64,000 bases of DNA, taken from NCBI GenBank assembly GCA_963740315.1, contig CAVUDP010000004.1, positions 672,001 to 736,000 on the forward strand. Direction: 5' to 3'. Positions 1-10,542 of this stretch are shown here, piece after piece. Position 1 is the first letter of the stretch. Every line of letters begins with the position of its first letter. The notes under the pieces are model-generated. The model was given only the letters and a program-made list of their open reading frames with translations. It did no database searches and had not been told where the DNA came from. This DNA is from an uncultured cyanobacterium. GTDB taxonomy: Bacteria > Cyanobacteriota > Cyanobacteriia > Cyanobacteriales > Nostocaceae. The translations under genes and the position numbers were made by a program.

Positions 1-634
1 TATTTTTGAGTACAAACACTAATCTAACAACTTGAAATAGAACTTATATATGAAATTTGTTAATGTAATTACTAAAAATTATAAATTTTTTTAACTAATT
101 CTCACTATACCGCAAGTCATAAATATTACATTCTCAATTCGTGACTTTTTTCACTTCTATCTTTTCTATTAAAGCAGTACAAATGCTTATTTTTTTATAA
201 TTGTAACTAAATTATCGATATTTTACAAAATATTACGAGACTTTAAAAAAAATCAAAAAAATGGTTTAAACGAAAGATATAGTGTAGCGCTTATCTTACC
301 TAAGTTTAAATTTAATCCTAACTATTTCCTTCACTGTTTAAAGGTTTACTTGAATTCCATTAAAAAACCTTTGTTTAAAATCGATTATTTATACGGCGTT
401 CAAAAAATATTGATTAATTCCAAACAATTTACTTGTGCATTTTTGTTAAAACTATTTGTTTTGAATTGGATTCTTATGTTTGAGCAAGTCTTTAATCAAT
501 ATTCCGATGCGCTATATTGTATCGAACATATCAGTATTTTACAAAATATGTAGTTAACCTTAAGATATGTTACATAGTCTGGTATTTGCAGGGTAAATAG
601 TGTAATAAGTCTCAACCTAATCAGGAAAAAACCA

Positions 635-1177
635 GTGACATCTCCAAATAAAGCCGTACAAATAGCAGAAAAATCTTTGATTACAGAATATTTTCAAGAA
701 TCTGTTGGTAAATGGAGTTCGGAAAGACGCTACTATACGTTACCGGATGGAAAAACCAAGGAAGTGGCGAGTATCATTACCATTCGGTTTTTAGAAGCTG
801 GATGCGATGAATTGCAAAAACTGGCGCGGATGCACGATTTAGATGAGTCTACGGTTTTGAGTTGCGGTGCTGAAGTTTGTTGGGAAAGTACCAACGCCGT
901 AACTAAAGCAAAAGAATCTCAAGGTTCTACATTATTTGGGGCTTTGGGAAATACGCTGTATCGCGATCGCGGTTTTGCAACGTCGAAACCAATTACTGCC
1001 GAATATCATTTTCCCAACGATAAAACTTTGTGTTTGCGTACAGAGTATAACGGTTCGGTATTTGAGGAAGAATTAAAGTTTATTGGTGAAAAATACCGTA
1101 CCCGTCAGTCTGTGATTTCTCGCGCTGGGGAACAGGTAATGATTGGACAGTATTTAGAAAAGCGGATTGAAGAATGA
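635..1177 (+). CDS. Phycobiliprotein lyase, CpcS/CpeS family
   Basis: 180 aa; FQESVGKW.S.R N-terminus, LYRDRGFA, and C-terminal EEELKF...RTRQS typical of S/U-type bilin lyases; exact paralog (CpcS/U/V) not resolved. Confidence 0.8.
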   Translation: MTSPNKAVQIAEKSLITEYFQESVGKWSSERRYYTLPDGKTKEVASIITIRFLEAGCDELQKLARMHDLDESTVLSCGAEVCWESTNAVTKAKESQGSTLFGALGNTLYRDRGFATSKPITAEYHFPNDKTLCLRTEYNGSVFEEELKFIGEKYRTRQSVISRAGEQVMIGQYLEKRIEE

Positions 1178-1297
1178 TATAAATAACCAAAAATTTTGAG
1201 CTAAATTAAACCGAAAATAGCAAGAAGAGTATTTATGAGTAAAAAACAGATTAAAAGAAAATAAATCTCGTGTTTCAGATATTGAAAATTCTCTAAC

Positions 1298-1325
1298 TCT
1301 CGCTCAAATTAAGCGGGGGTTTTTG
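1298..1325 (+). terminator. Putative intrinsic terminator
   Basis: CTCGCT..AGCGGG stem followed by a T run, downstream of the lyase gene. Confidence 0.45.
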
Positions 1326-1605
1326 TTCGTAACCGTACATTAAAGCGGGCTTAATACATATTGATGCACTTTTTGGTTTTCTAATATTCGTCATGTCTTA
1401 CCTAAATTAAAATCAGTTGTATATCGAATTACAAGTAGCAGCAATAATTAATCGACATTTAGTAATTTTACTTACTAAGTTAACATTGAATTTATACAAA
1501 TAAAGGTTGCATATTTTTTTTTATATTGTTAGCATTTAACTGGTTATTTTGTAGTTATATTTACCAGTGTATTCTACCAATTGATGTAATTTCACATTGG
1601 AAAAT

Positions 1606-4152
1606 ATGGCAATTATCACAGTTTCTAGCACCGCCGATAGTGGAAAAGGAACGCTTAGAGAAGCTATTTTAAACGCGAGTTCAGGGGATACTATTCGCTT
1701 CGATTCAACTCTGGCTAACAAAAAGATAAACCTTACTAGCGGTCAATTAAAGATTGCAAAAAACTTGACTGTTGATGGAGCAGATGCCGAAAATTTAACT
1801 ATTAGCGGTAATCAATCTAGTCGGATTTTCTTTGTAAACAGAGAAAAAGAATTAGCTCTCAAGAATCTAACTATTGCTGATGCTAGAACAGTTAGCGGCA
1901 AAAAAAGTGATTTTAATGCGGCCCAAAGTGGTGGGGGAGGAGTTTATGTTGATTTCTCCGGGACTCTTACCGTTGAGAACATTCAGTTTAAAGATAACGT
2001 TGCCGATATGGGTGGCGGTATCTACGTTAATTATGGTGGTCAGGCTACAGTTCTTAATAGTAGCTTTGATAATAACGATGGAACTCCAGGGAATTCTGGT
2101 TTTAGCGCGGGTGCAATTTCTGCTGCCGGACAAACTAAGGGCTTAACTGTTAAAGGTAGCAGCTTTACTAATAATAAAGGTTCTCAGGGTGGGGCTATTT
2201 ATAGTCTGCTCGGTCCGCTGACAATTGAAGATTCTGTCTTCGTTGATAACCTCAGCACGCGCCAGGGTGGAGCTATTTCCACTGATGGTGCTAGCCCGCG
2301 TGGCAAGGAAAATAGAGACGGAACTATTACCATTCGCAACAGCAAGTTTGAAGGAAATCAAAGCGTTGGTGGTGGTGGTGGACTTTTTCTATATACCTAT
2401 GAAGGGGAGAAGGTATTAATAGAAGACAGTACGATTATTGATAATTCTGTCAGTAAGGATAGTAATGGAAATGCTTTAGGTGGCGGAATCAGAACAGGGG
2501 GAGGAGCGAGTAAAGGCAATCTCACCATCCACAATACTACTATTGCCTCGAACGCCTCAAATACGGGGGGAGGATTTTGGGATGATGGATCTAAGTCAAT
2601 CGATATTGAAAACAGCACTTTGTCGGGCAATGAAACTAGCTCTGGAGGCGCTATCTACTCAAACTCAAAGGGTGCTTTAAACATCAGCAACTCCACAATT
2701 GTCGAGAATGTTGCTCGTGACAAAGCCGGAGCAATCTGGTCGAATGGCAAGAATGAGATTACTTTAAGCAATTCAATCGTAGCCAACAACACCTCAAAAG
2801 ACGGAAAGCAAACTTCCTTTGAGCTTAAAGATGGCGGAGGTAATATCGAATTTCTAGATCCCCAGTCAAAGCAAAGAGTTGTTGCAGGCTCTCAAATAGT
2901 AGACCCTAAATTAGGCTCCTTGCAAAATATCGACGGTTCTTTAATTCATCCTCTCAAGTCAGATAGTCCTGCAATTGATGCAGCTAGCGATCGCACCATC
3001 GAAACCGACCAACAAGGGGTGATACGAGACTCCGCTCCAGATATAGGAGCATTTGAATTCACCTCTAACCAACCGACTTCGCAAAAACCCAGCAGCCCCG
3101 AGCCTGAGTCTAAGCCTGAGCTAACCCCGACAAAGAATCAACCTTTACGCTATGAAGCCGAAGATTTGACTCTAGATGGTTATGAAGTTGAGACTGTAAA
3201 AAACTCTAGTGCTAGTGCTGGTAAGCATATTTCTCTCAAGGAGGCTGGTGAGAATCAAGGCTCTGCTACAGGCACATTTGAAGGTGAAGCAGGAATTTAT
3301 CAAGTAAAAGTTGGTTATTTCGACGAAAACGATGGGCAATCTAAAGTTAAAGTCACCGTTGGCGAAGAGAGTACAAGCTTTACTTTTGACAAAGATTTAC
3401 CCGATAGCTGGGTAAAACCTGTTTCTAAAACTAGTCGAATCGCCATAGAAGAAGTGCAGTTAGAGTCTGGAGATACTTTCAAAATTGAAGCAACTAGTAA
3501 CAAAGGTGAATTTGCTCGTTTTGATTACATTGAATTCTCTCCGAAGCCAGCAGCCGCAGCAACTCCTCAAACTCCTATGGAGGGAGCAGGAAGTAGGGAG
3601 CAGGCAGTAGGAGGAGAAGAGGATATTATTAATGGAATAGTTAATCTGAGCAACGTTGATTTTGATGGAGATGGGGAAGTTGACGAACAAGTTTCGTTGA
3701 TTGTGGATGATATTAACAGTACTGGCTCTTACAGTAATTCAGCAGGTTTTTATCAAGTCTTAGATGTAAATGGTACCGTACTCGATCCAGTTACAAATCA
3801 GCAGATTCAGCCGGGAGAACAAGGATATGAAACAGCAGCATTTAACCAACGTATTCCTGAATTAGACTTTGATAAAAATGATGGCAGTTTAACCGCAGAA
3901 GTTGATGGAGGAATATTCTTAGCACCATATTTGATTGCGAATGGTACTGTAGAAGAATTTCTCGGCAAAAATCCGACTAACAATCGATCTGGAAGCGGAT
4001 TAAATGCCTACTTTGCTTTTGGAAGTGCTAATCCAGATGGAGTAAAGCATCTTAAAGCTTCAGATAAAAACTTTGGTTTTGAGGATTTATATGGTGGGGG
4101 AGATCAAAATTTTACTGATATTACCTTTAGTGTAAATGTAGAGAGCGCTTGA
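1606..4152 (+). CDS. Large extracellular protein: Pmp-like beta-helix repeats, choice-of-anchor-Q-like segment, CBM-like domain, DUF4114-like C-terminus
   Basis: ADSGKGTLREAI start, repeated GG(A/G)I and FxxN motifs, SPAIDA...PDIGAFE, Pro-rich linker, RYEAE...FDYIEF module, GFEDLYGGGDQNFTD C-terminus; ATG at 1606 preferred over TTG at 1597. Confidence 0.75.
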   Translation: MAIITVSSTADSGKGTLREAILNASSGDTIRFDSTLANKKINLTSGQLKIAKNLTVDGADAENLTISGNQSSRIFFVNREKELALKNLTIADARTVSGKKSDFNAAQSGGGGVYVDFSGTLTVENIQFKDNVADMGGGIYVNYGGQATVLNSSFDNNDGTPGNSGFSAGAISAAGQTKGLTVKGSSFTNNKGSQGGAIYSLLGPLTIEDSVFVDNLSTRQGGAISTDGASPRGKENRDGTITIRNSKFEGNQSVGGGGGLFLYTYEGEKVLIEDSTIIDNSVSKDSNGNALGGGIRTGGGASKGNLTIHNTTIASNASNTGGGFWDDGSKSIDIENSTLSGNETSSGGAIYSNSKGALNISNSTIVENVARDKAGAIWSNGKNEITLSNSIVANNTSKDGKQTSFELKDGGGNIEFLDPQSKQRVVAGSQIVDPKLGSLQNIDGSLIHPLKSDSPAIDAASDRTIETDQQGVIRDSAPDIGAFEFTSNQPTSQKPSSPEPESKPELTPTKNQPLRYEAEDLTLDGYEVETVKNSSASAGKHISLKEAGENQGSATGTFEGEAGIYQVKVGYFDENDGQSKVKVTVGEESTSFTFDKDLPDSWVKPVSKTSRIAIEEVQLESGDTFKIEATSNKGEFARFDYIEFSPKPAAAATPQTPMEGAGSREQAVGGEEDIINGIVNLSNVDFDGDGEVDEQVSLIVDDINSTGSYSNSAGFYQVLDVNGTVLDPVTNQQIQPGEQGYETAAFNQRIPELDFDKNDGSLTAEVDGGIFLAPYLIANGTVEEFLGKNPTNNRSGSGLNAYFAFGSANPDGVKHLKASDKNFGFEDLYGGGDQNFTDITFSVNVESA

Positions 4153-4158
4153 TTCTTA

Positions 4159-4215
4159 GTTCGTAGTAAGGACTTTAGTGCCTGAGATTGGAGGGCTAAA
4201 GCCCTTACTACGAAC
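4159..4215. repeat. GTAG-footed palindromic REP-like element, family GTTCGTAGTAAGG...CCTTACTACGAAC
   Basis: Terminal inverted repeat read directly; related copies at 20689-20750, 35580-35935, 36135-36190 and a partial copy at 42938-42960. Confidence 0.85.
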
Positions 4216-4431
4216 ATATTTTTATTTGTAAAATTTGAATTTGATTTTAGTTTATTATGATTGAACGTAAAACAAGATTTTACACTTAGCAAATCCGTTT
4301 ATTGTGCAGTATAGGATTTCGACTACAGGAGCTTTGGCTATAACTAACTTTAAATTATTTATAAATCCCCGTGTTTTAACCATAAATTATGTTGATTTAC
4401 GACGCATTTTTAAATTTCATCAATATTCAAC

Positions 4432-5043
4432 ATGGCTTACAATAATTTCACTTTGAGTAAAGCTAAAAAAGACTTTGATTTATCTACAATCGAGTCCGAA
4501 AACTTATTTAAAAATGTTAGCAGTATAGAACCTTCGGCTACTTTGGTTGAATTATTAGAAGAATATTTACCGTTAGCAAGAGCAATAAGTACGGAAAAAG
4601 CCAAATCTGAGTTATTGGTAATTCCGATATTAGTAGAAATTAGAAAAATTCTTTGCAAAAAAGTCAGCTTATTTTCTGGGAGTCTTTTTAATGTTGATAT
4701 TTCTTTAGGCTTAACTGGTTACGTTGATTTCTTGATTACATTGAGTGAGGAGATGTACGCTATAAGCTCTCCCGTCGTCACGTTAGTTGAAGCTAAAAAC
4801 GATTTAATTACGTCGGGGATAGGACAATGTATAGCCGAAATGGTAGCAGCACAAATTTTTAATCAAAAGCAAGATAATAATGTTTCAACGATTTACGGAG
4901 TAGTTACAACTGGAACTGCTTGGTTATTTCTAAAGTTAGAACAGAAAACCGTTTATATTGATAATCAAGAATACTATATTGATAACCTGGGGAAAATAAT
5001 GGGTATTTTGATCGATTGCTTGGAGAAAGCAGGAGAATTTTGA
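4432..5043 (+). CDS. Conserved cyanobacterial hypothetical protein, restriction-endonuclease-like (PD-(D/E)xK / HsdR-N-like) fold
   Basis: GYVDF...VEAK...GIGQCIAEM...YGVVTTG..W.F motif pattern. Confidence 0.6.
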   Translation: MAYNNFTLSKAKKDFDLSTIESENLFKNVSSIEPSATLVELLEEYLPLARAISTEKAKSELLVIPILVEIRKILCKKVSLFSGSLFNVDISLGLTGYVDFLITLSEEMYAISSPVVTLVEAKNDLITSGIGQCIAEMVAAQIFNQKQDNNVSTIYGVVTTGTAWLFLKLEQKTVYIDNQEYYIDNLGKIMGILIDCLEKAGEF

Positions 5044-5103
5044 CATAAAATCGTATTTGTAAGCTTTTGAGGAGAATTTAATATTTTTATAGTGGATTCG
5101 TTC

Positions 5104-5724
5104 TTAAAAATTACTGGCAATAATTAGCGATAGAGCTTCACGAATCATATCTATCGTCATAAATGGTGCTTCTGGATAGTATTTAATAACTTGTTCTGGT
5201 AATACTGGAATGTGAACAAAACCAACCTTCATCTCAGAATTATTAGTTTCTCTCCAGTGAAGAAAGTGATAAAAAGCTTGATTGCACAAATGAGTTCCAC
5301 AATCGTTGGAAATTTTGGCTGGAATATTGTGCTTTTCTAACAAGGAAACTAAACTTTCTTGGTTTGGTAAAGAATTCCAATAAGCAACAGGAGCATCTTT
5401 GATAATCAATGTTCCCTTGGGTGCATTTCCTGCTTTATCCAAAGTCACAAAATATCTTAGATTCTTTGCCATTCTCTCAAGAGTTATTTTGTTATAACCG
5501 CGTGCTTGACCGATACCAATACAAATATCGGGTAATAATATGTTAAGAGTTTGATCAATTATTTGTCCAAGGGTATTAGTGTTACCAGGCAAAATCTTGA
5601 AGTCAATGCAATCGATATATTGACTAATCTTTGAAGGAGGGCGATCGCGTAAAGATTTTACTAATAATTCTGAAGCATTTACACCATCGTCATTCGGCTC
5701 AAAGCCAGTTATTAAAACTTTCAT
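5104..5724 (-). CDS. pcp: Pyroglutamyl-peptidase I (C15)
   Basis: VLITGFEP, ITLER, SNDCGTHLCN (catalytic Cys), GFVHIP (catalytic His). Confidence 0.9.
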   Translation of the reverse strand: MKVLITGFEPNDDGVNASELLVKSLRDRPPSKISQYIDCIDFKILPGNTNTLGQIIDQTLNILLPDICIGIGQARGYNKITLERMAKNLRYFVTLDKAGNAPKGTLIIKDAPVAYWNSLPNQESLVSLLEKHNIPAKISNDCGTHLCNQAFYHFLHWRETNNSEMKVGFVHIPVLPEQVIKYYPEAPFMTIDMIREALSLIIASNF

Positions 5725-5907
5725 TTAAAAGAATTTTTTTGTTAATAATAGTTAGGAAAAGTTGGATTATACCGATAAATAAAGTACGATACACCTTAGA
5801 GGTATTGGTTTCGTCTATTAGCAAGATTGTGCCGAAACGGAAAAATTGTACGTGCTTGGAATTAAAAAGACGAAATTTTTAAACTTCAAACTACTAAGGG
5901 CTTTTAA

Positions 5908-6174
5908 ATGACTGCCAAAGTTGAAATTTATACGAGTCAGGCTTGCTCGTATTGCCGTCAAGCCAAGGCTTTACTAAAGGAAAAAGGTGTTGAGTTTATT
6001 GAATATAGTGTTGATGGAGATAAGATAGCACGGGCTGCTATGGCAGAGCGAGCTAACGGCAGGTATTCCTTACCTCAAATTTTTGTCAACGATCGCCCTT
6101 TTGGTGGTTGTGATGATTTGTACGAAATGGACGATTTAGGTAGGCTTGAACAATTTCTACAAATTGATTCTTAA
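5908..6174 (+). CDS. grxC: Glutaredoxin 3
   Basis: CSYC active site, SLPQIF, GGCDDL. Confidence 0.9.
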   Translation: MTAKVEIYTSQACSYCRQAKALLKEKGVEFIEYSVDGDKIARAAMAERANGRYSLPQIFVNDRPFGGCDDLYEMDDLGRLEQFLQIDS

Positions 6175-6206
6175 CATCCTCTGCTTGTTTCTTACACATT
6201 TAGCTA

Positions 6207-6410
6207 GTAGGTTGGGTGAAACGGAGTGAAACCCAACATTATCCAGCAAGCCCTAGATATTGTTGGGTTCCGCTTCGCTGCACCCAATCTACAAATTTCC
6301 AACTACACATAATGGTGCGTTACGGCATTTTCAAACGTATAACCTATCAATTAAATATCCTAGTGCCGTAACACACCCTACAAACAGACGTAGCAGTGCT
6401 ACGTCTCTAC
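6207..6410. repeat. Cluster of three GTAG-footed REP-like elements from three families
   Basis: GTAGGTTGGGT...ACCCAATCTAC doublet 6207-6292; GGTGCGTTACGGCA...TGCCGTAACACACCCTAC 6314-6381; AGACGTAGCAGTGCTACGTCTCTAC 6386-6410; between convergent grxC and flv1A. Confidence 0.8.
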
Positions 6411-6413
6411 AAG

Positions 6414-8123
6414 TTAATAGTGCGTTCCCGTTTTCCGATAATGTACTGCTGTCACTCCTTCGTTATTCATTACTTTACCGTTATCGACGGTAGCGTAAAC
6501 TAACCAGTGGTCGCCGCATTCCATCCGTGATTTTACTGAGCATTCAACGTAAGCTAAGGCATCGGTAAGAGCGGGAGAACCATTACTTGCTTCTTCGGTT
6601 TCAATCCCTGCAAATCTATCTTCACCAGGACTAAAGGGTTTTAGGAAGTGTTTCATCATCCCTAAATGACCGCCTTCTTTTAATACATTCAACACAAATC
6701 CGCTGCCAGAATGCATCAAGGATTCTAAGGCTCTATCTTTAGCTACGGCGATGGTTAAACCGGGTGGATTAAAGCTGGCTTGAGATACCCAGGAAGCTAA
6801 CATGGCGCTGGAAACATCTCCTCGTTTCGCAGTTACCACACATAACGAACCGATAATTCTTCCTACTGCTTGTTCCACACTTGTGGAAGGTTGACTGGGT
6901 GCTTTTACCTTTTTGGCTTTCTTCAATGATTGAGCAAAATCAACTCCGGCTTCTTCGCACATTTGTAGCGTCTTTTCATCGGGTTTGAATTTAACGCGAA
7001 TCGGATCGAAACCAAAACGGAATCCAGCATCTTTGAGTTTGCTTTCCAAAATATCTACAGCTTCTCCACTCCAACCAAAGGAACCAAATACGCCAGCGGG
7101 TTTACTTTTGGCTGCTGTGGAAAGGATAATACCCAAAGCTGTTTGAATTTGAGTTGGTGCGTGCCCTCCCAAAGTTGGGGAACCAATTACAAAACCGGAT
7201 GCTTTTTCTACTGCTGTTTTGATATCTTCTGGTTCAACAGCTTCACAATTGATCGATTCTACCGCGACTCCGGCTTTGGTAATACCTCTGGCGATCGCCT
7301 GCGCTAATGTTGCGGTATTCCCGTAGGCGGAAGCATAAATTAATGCAACGCTAGTATCTTGTTTTGTTTGCTGTTTGCTCCATTCGTGATAAGCGTCGGT
7401 TAAATCTATTAAGCCTTCGCGCACTAAAGGTCCGTGATTCGGCGCATACATCCTCACAGCTAAATCATCAATTTTTTCTAAAGCAGTTTCTACTTGACGG
7501 GCGTGGGGTGCCATCAAGCAGTCATAATAATAACGTCTATCTTCGACAAAGATTTTCCAACCTTCATCAAAAACTTGGTCGCCACAGATATGTGCGCCAA
7601 ATAATTTATCGGTGTAGAGAATTTCCGTTTGGGGATCGTAAGTGCAAAGATGATCTGGGTAACGAGGGTTAGGTGTGGGAATAAACTGTAAATTATGTCC
7701 TTTGCCTAAATCGAGGCTTTCTTCCCCCTTCATCACCATAATTGGTAATTCGTTTTCCAAAGCTTTGCGTAAATTGATCGCACCGGGATTAGAACAAACA
7801 AATTTTACTTGAGGTGCAATTTCCAATAAAGCCTTTAAAGTAGCAGCACGGTTGGGATTAACGTGACCGATTATTACGTAATCAATTTCGGTTACATCAT
7901 ATCTTTGCTGCAAAGCATCTAAGTATTTTTCCGTAAAAGTTTCCCCAGGAGGATCGATCAATGCGATTTTTTCAGCTTTTATTAAATAAGAATTAGCCGT
8001 AGTACCCTTACCCAGAGCATATTCAATCTCAAACCGTAACCGCGTCCAACTGCGCGATCGCAATATAGTTGTATCTGTAGCAATAGGGAGAATTTGAACG
8101 TCACGAGGTTTTGTTTCTGTCAT
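6414..8123 (-). CDS. flv1A: Flavodiiron (diflavin) protein, Flv1 type
   Basis: Lactamase-like + flavodoxin + flavin-reductase domains; non-canonical GHVNPNR metal motif; start re-called at MTETKPRDVQ because the upstream extension is repeat-derived. Confidence 0.85.
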   Translation of the reverse strand: MTETKPRDVQILPIATDTTILRSRSWTRLRFEIEYALGKGTTANSYLIKAEKIALIDPPGETFTEKYLDALQQRYDVTEIDYVIIGHVNPNRAATLKALLEIAPQVKFVCSNPGAINLRKALENELPIMVMKGEESLDLGKGHNLQFIPTPNPRYPDHLCTYDPQTEILYTDKLFGAHICGDQVFDEGWKIFVEDRRYYYDCLMAPHARQVETALEKIDDLAVRMYAPNHGPLVREGLIDLTDAYHEWSKQQTKQDTSVALIYASAYGNTATLAQAIARGITKAGVAVESINCEAVEPEDIKTAVEKASGFVIGSPTLGGHAPTQIQTALGIILSTAAKSKPAGVFGSFGWSGEAVDILESKLKDAGFRFGFDPIRVKFKPDEKTLQMCEEAGVDFAQSLKKAKKVKAPSQPSTSVEQAVGRIIGSLCVVTAKRGDVSSAMLASWVSQASFNPPGLTIAVAKDRALESLMHSGSGFVLNVLKEGGHLGMMKHFLKPFSPGEDRFAGIETEEASNGSPALTDALAYVECSVKSRMECGDHWLVYATVDNGKVMNNEGVTAVHYRKTGTHY

Positions 8124-8134
8124 GGCTGAATCAA

Positions 8135-8312
8135 GGGAAGATGGGGAGAGAGGGGGTAGAGGGGGGAGAGGGGGAGATGGGGAGAGGAGGTAGACGGGGG
8201 AGAGGAGGTAGACGGGGGAGAGGAGGTAGTTAGATTTAGATAGCGAGCGAGACGCTCGCACTCCTAACTGCTCACTCCTAACTGCTCACTGGTTACTGCT
8301 CACTGCTCACTG
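8135..8312. repeat. STRR-type tandem repeats
   Basis: GGGGAGA-rich tract plus CTGCTCA/TAACTGC-type heptamers between the flv genes. Confidence 0.8.
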
Positions 8313-8313
8313 A

Positions 8314-10035
8314 TTAATAATGGTTTCCAACTTTTCTGTGATGCACGGCGGTTAAGGCATCGGGTTTGCTGACTTTACCTGCATACACGGTGCTGTATAC
8401 AATCCAATGATCGCCAGCGTCCATTCTGCTGGAAACTTCGCACTCTACATAAGACAATGCATCTGTTAATATCGGCGCACCGTTTTCGGCTGGTTGGGTT
8501 TTCACTCCTTCAAAGCGATCGGCACCAGGGCGGAAACGCTTAAGGAAATGATTCATCAACCTTTGATAGTTGCCTTCTTCGAGAGTATTTAAAACGAATT
8601 TATCGCCTACCTGCATCAAGGATTCAATTGCTCGATCTTTCGCGACTGCAATTGTCAATCCCAAAGGTTTGAAGCTGGCTTGATTTACCCAAGATGCTAA
8701 CATGGCGCTTTTTACGTCACCTCGCTGAGCGGTAATGATATACAATCCACCACTCAATCTTCCTAAAGCTTTATCCAAGTCAGCATCAAGAGACTTCATG
8801 TTTTTGATGCTTTTAGCGCGGTTTAATAATTGCCCTAAATCAGTTCCCGCTTCTTCGCACTGCTTATAAGTATTCTCGGTGGGAGTCTCTTTAATTTTGA
8901 TTGCACCAAAGGCTGGTTTTAAACCCAATTCGCGGAATTTAGTCAAAACTGGATCGATTGGTTCATCATCACCACCACCAGTTTCAAATAATCCTACTGC
9001 TTGCTTGTCGTGTACCGAACCTAATATAGTACTGAAAGCAGTTTGCAGCTTTTGATCGGATGCTGGTGGCATTCCTAATATTATTCCAGTAAACCGACTT
9101 GCTTGTTCTCTTAATTCCTGTAAGTCAATTTCTTCGCTCAAATCAACCATTTCTATAGCGACTTCTGTTTTAGAAACACCGCTAGCAACTGCTTGAGCTA
9201 ATTTATCGCTGTCGCCATATTTGGAAACGTAGAAAATACCAACTGTTTTCTCAGCTTTGGCTTTATTTTTACTCCAATTGCGATATCTTCCGATTAACTC
9301 ATCTACATTATGGGATAAAAGCGGGCCATGTCCGGTTGCTACCATTCCCACGGTTTCCAACTCACCCATGCGCTTGAGAGCAGACATTACAGAGCGGGCA
9401 TTTGGAGCCATCAAACATTCGTAATAATATTTGTATTCGGCGCTGATTGCGTTCAAATCTTCATCAAAAGTGGCATCCGAACAATAATGCATCCCAAAAG
9501 CATCGCAGGTAAAGAGAATTTGGGTTTTGTGGTCGTATGTGAAAATGGTGTCGGGCCAGTGTAAATTAGGAGCAATGACAAATTCTAATTCGTGTCCGTT
9601 ACCTAAATCTAGGCGATCGCTATTTTTAACGATTTGATTTTTGAAAGATTGGTGTACGAGATTTTCCAAAAACTGAATCGCAACTTTGGAGCCAACAACG
9701 GTAACTTCCGGAGCCAACTGTAAAAAATCTTTAACCAAACCGCTGTGGTCGGGTTCGGTATGACTGATAATTAAATAATCGATTTCTGCTGGATTAACAA
9801 GTCCGTTAAGTGTGTCTAAGTAGAGCTTGCGGAACTTTTCGTGAGAAGTATCAACTAAAGCAGTCTTTTCGCCGCGAATAATAAACGAGTTATAAGTGGT
9901 GCCATTTTCCAAACCGAACTCGATATCAAATCTATCTCTATCCCAATCCAGAGAGCGAATTGCCGTAGTATCGTCAGCAATCTCGGCAGTCTGCATGGTG
10001 AGTTTTTTGGCGATTTTATCGGTAACTGCTACCAT
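8314..10035 (-). CDS. flv3A: Flavodiiron (diflavin) protein, Flv3 type
   Basis: Canonical SHTEPDH, LHWPD, CDAFG, GHG diiron ligands; flavodoxin and flavin reductase domains. Confidence 0.85.
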   Translation of the reverse strand: MVAVTDKIAKKLTMQTAEIADDTTAIRSLDWDRDRFDIEFGLENGTTYNSFIIRGEKTALVDTSHEKFRKLYLDTLNGLVNPAEIDYLIISHTEPDHSGLVKDFLQLAPEVTVVGSKVAIQFLENLVHQSFKNQIVKNSDRLDLGNGHELEFVIAPNLHWPDTIFTYDHKTQILFTCDAFGMHYCSDATFDEDLNAISAEYKYYYECLMAPNARSVMSALKRMGELETVGMVATGHGPLLSHNVDELIGRYRNWSKNKAKAEKTVGIFYVSKYGDSDKLAQAVASGVSKTEVAIEMVDLSEEIDLQELREQASRFTGIILGMPPASDQKLQTAFSTILGSVHDKQAVGLFETGGGDDEPIDPVLTKFRELGLKPAFGAIKIKETPTENTYKQCEEAGTDLGQLLNRAKSIKNMKSLDADLDKALGRLSGGLYIITAQRGDVKSAMLASWVNQASFKPLGLTIAVAKDRAIESLMQVGDKFVLNTLEEGNYQRLMNHFLKRFRPGADRFEGVKTQPAENGAPILTDALSYVECEVSSRMDAGDHWIVYSTVYAGKVSKPDALTAVHHRKVGNHY

Positions 10036-10542
10036 AACTAGTCTCCTTAATAGCTTTTTAATAACTTAGTATTTATGCGTCTGCTTCTATTGTGACACGA
10101 GTTAATTGTATATCTTTCTCAATAATCTATAGGTATTTGGATTTGGGCATGGGTAATTGGTAATTGCTCTTGTAGTCTTGTGATTGCTGATTTTAAAAAA
10201 CCGCAGAGACGCTGAGTACGCAGAGGGAAGAGATTGTAAAGAGATTATTAGTCTTGTAGGGTGTGTTAGACGCACGATTATGTAATGGGTTCGCGTAAAA
10301 TCTGAATGCGTCTACCGCACCATCTGGAGTTGCTGCGGAAAGAAAGTTATGAATCAAAAAAATTCAGGGTTGTAGAGTCGGTGATGTTGTTGGATTTTTT
10401 GGATGGCATCGCAAAAGTAAGTATATTTGGCTTTGATTTGTATTTTCCACAGTTGTGGAATAATTTTAAAAATTTCAATTTTAAATGCTCAATTGTAACC
10501 AATGTCAAAAAGTTTATTAACTCAAAAGAATTGAAAGTTAAC

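Noticed and set aside
1..634. ORF 350-553 and the AT-rich upstream region
   Set aside because: TTG start, no SD or motif; no convincing structure or regulator box found
8124..8261. N-terminal extensions of Flv1A (and ArgH, 17146-17274)
   Set aside because: Encoded by C-rich repeats; family similarity starts at the downstream Met
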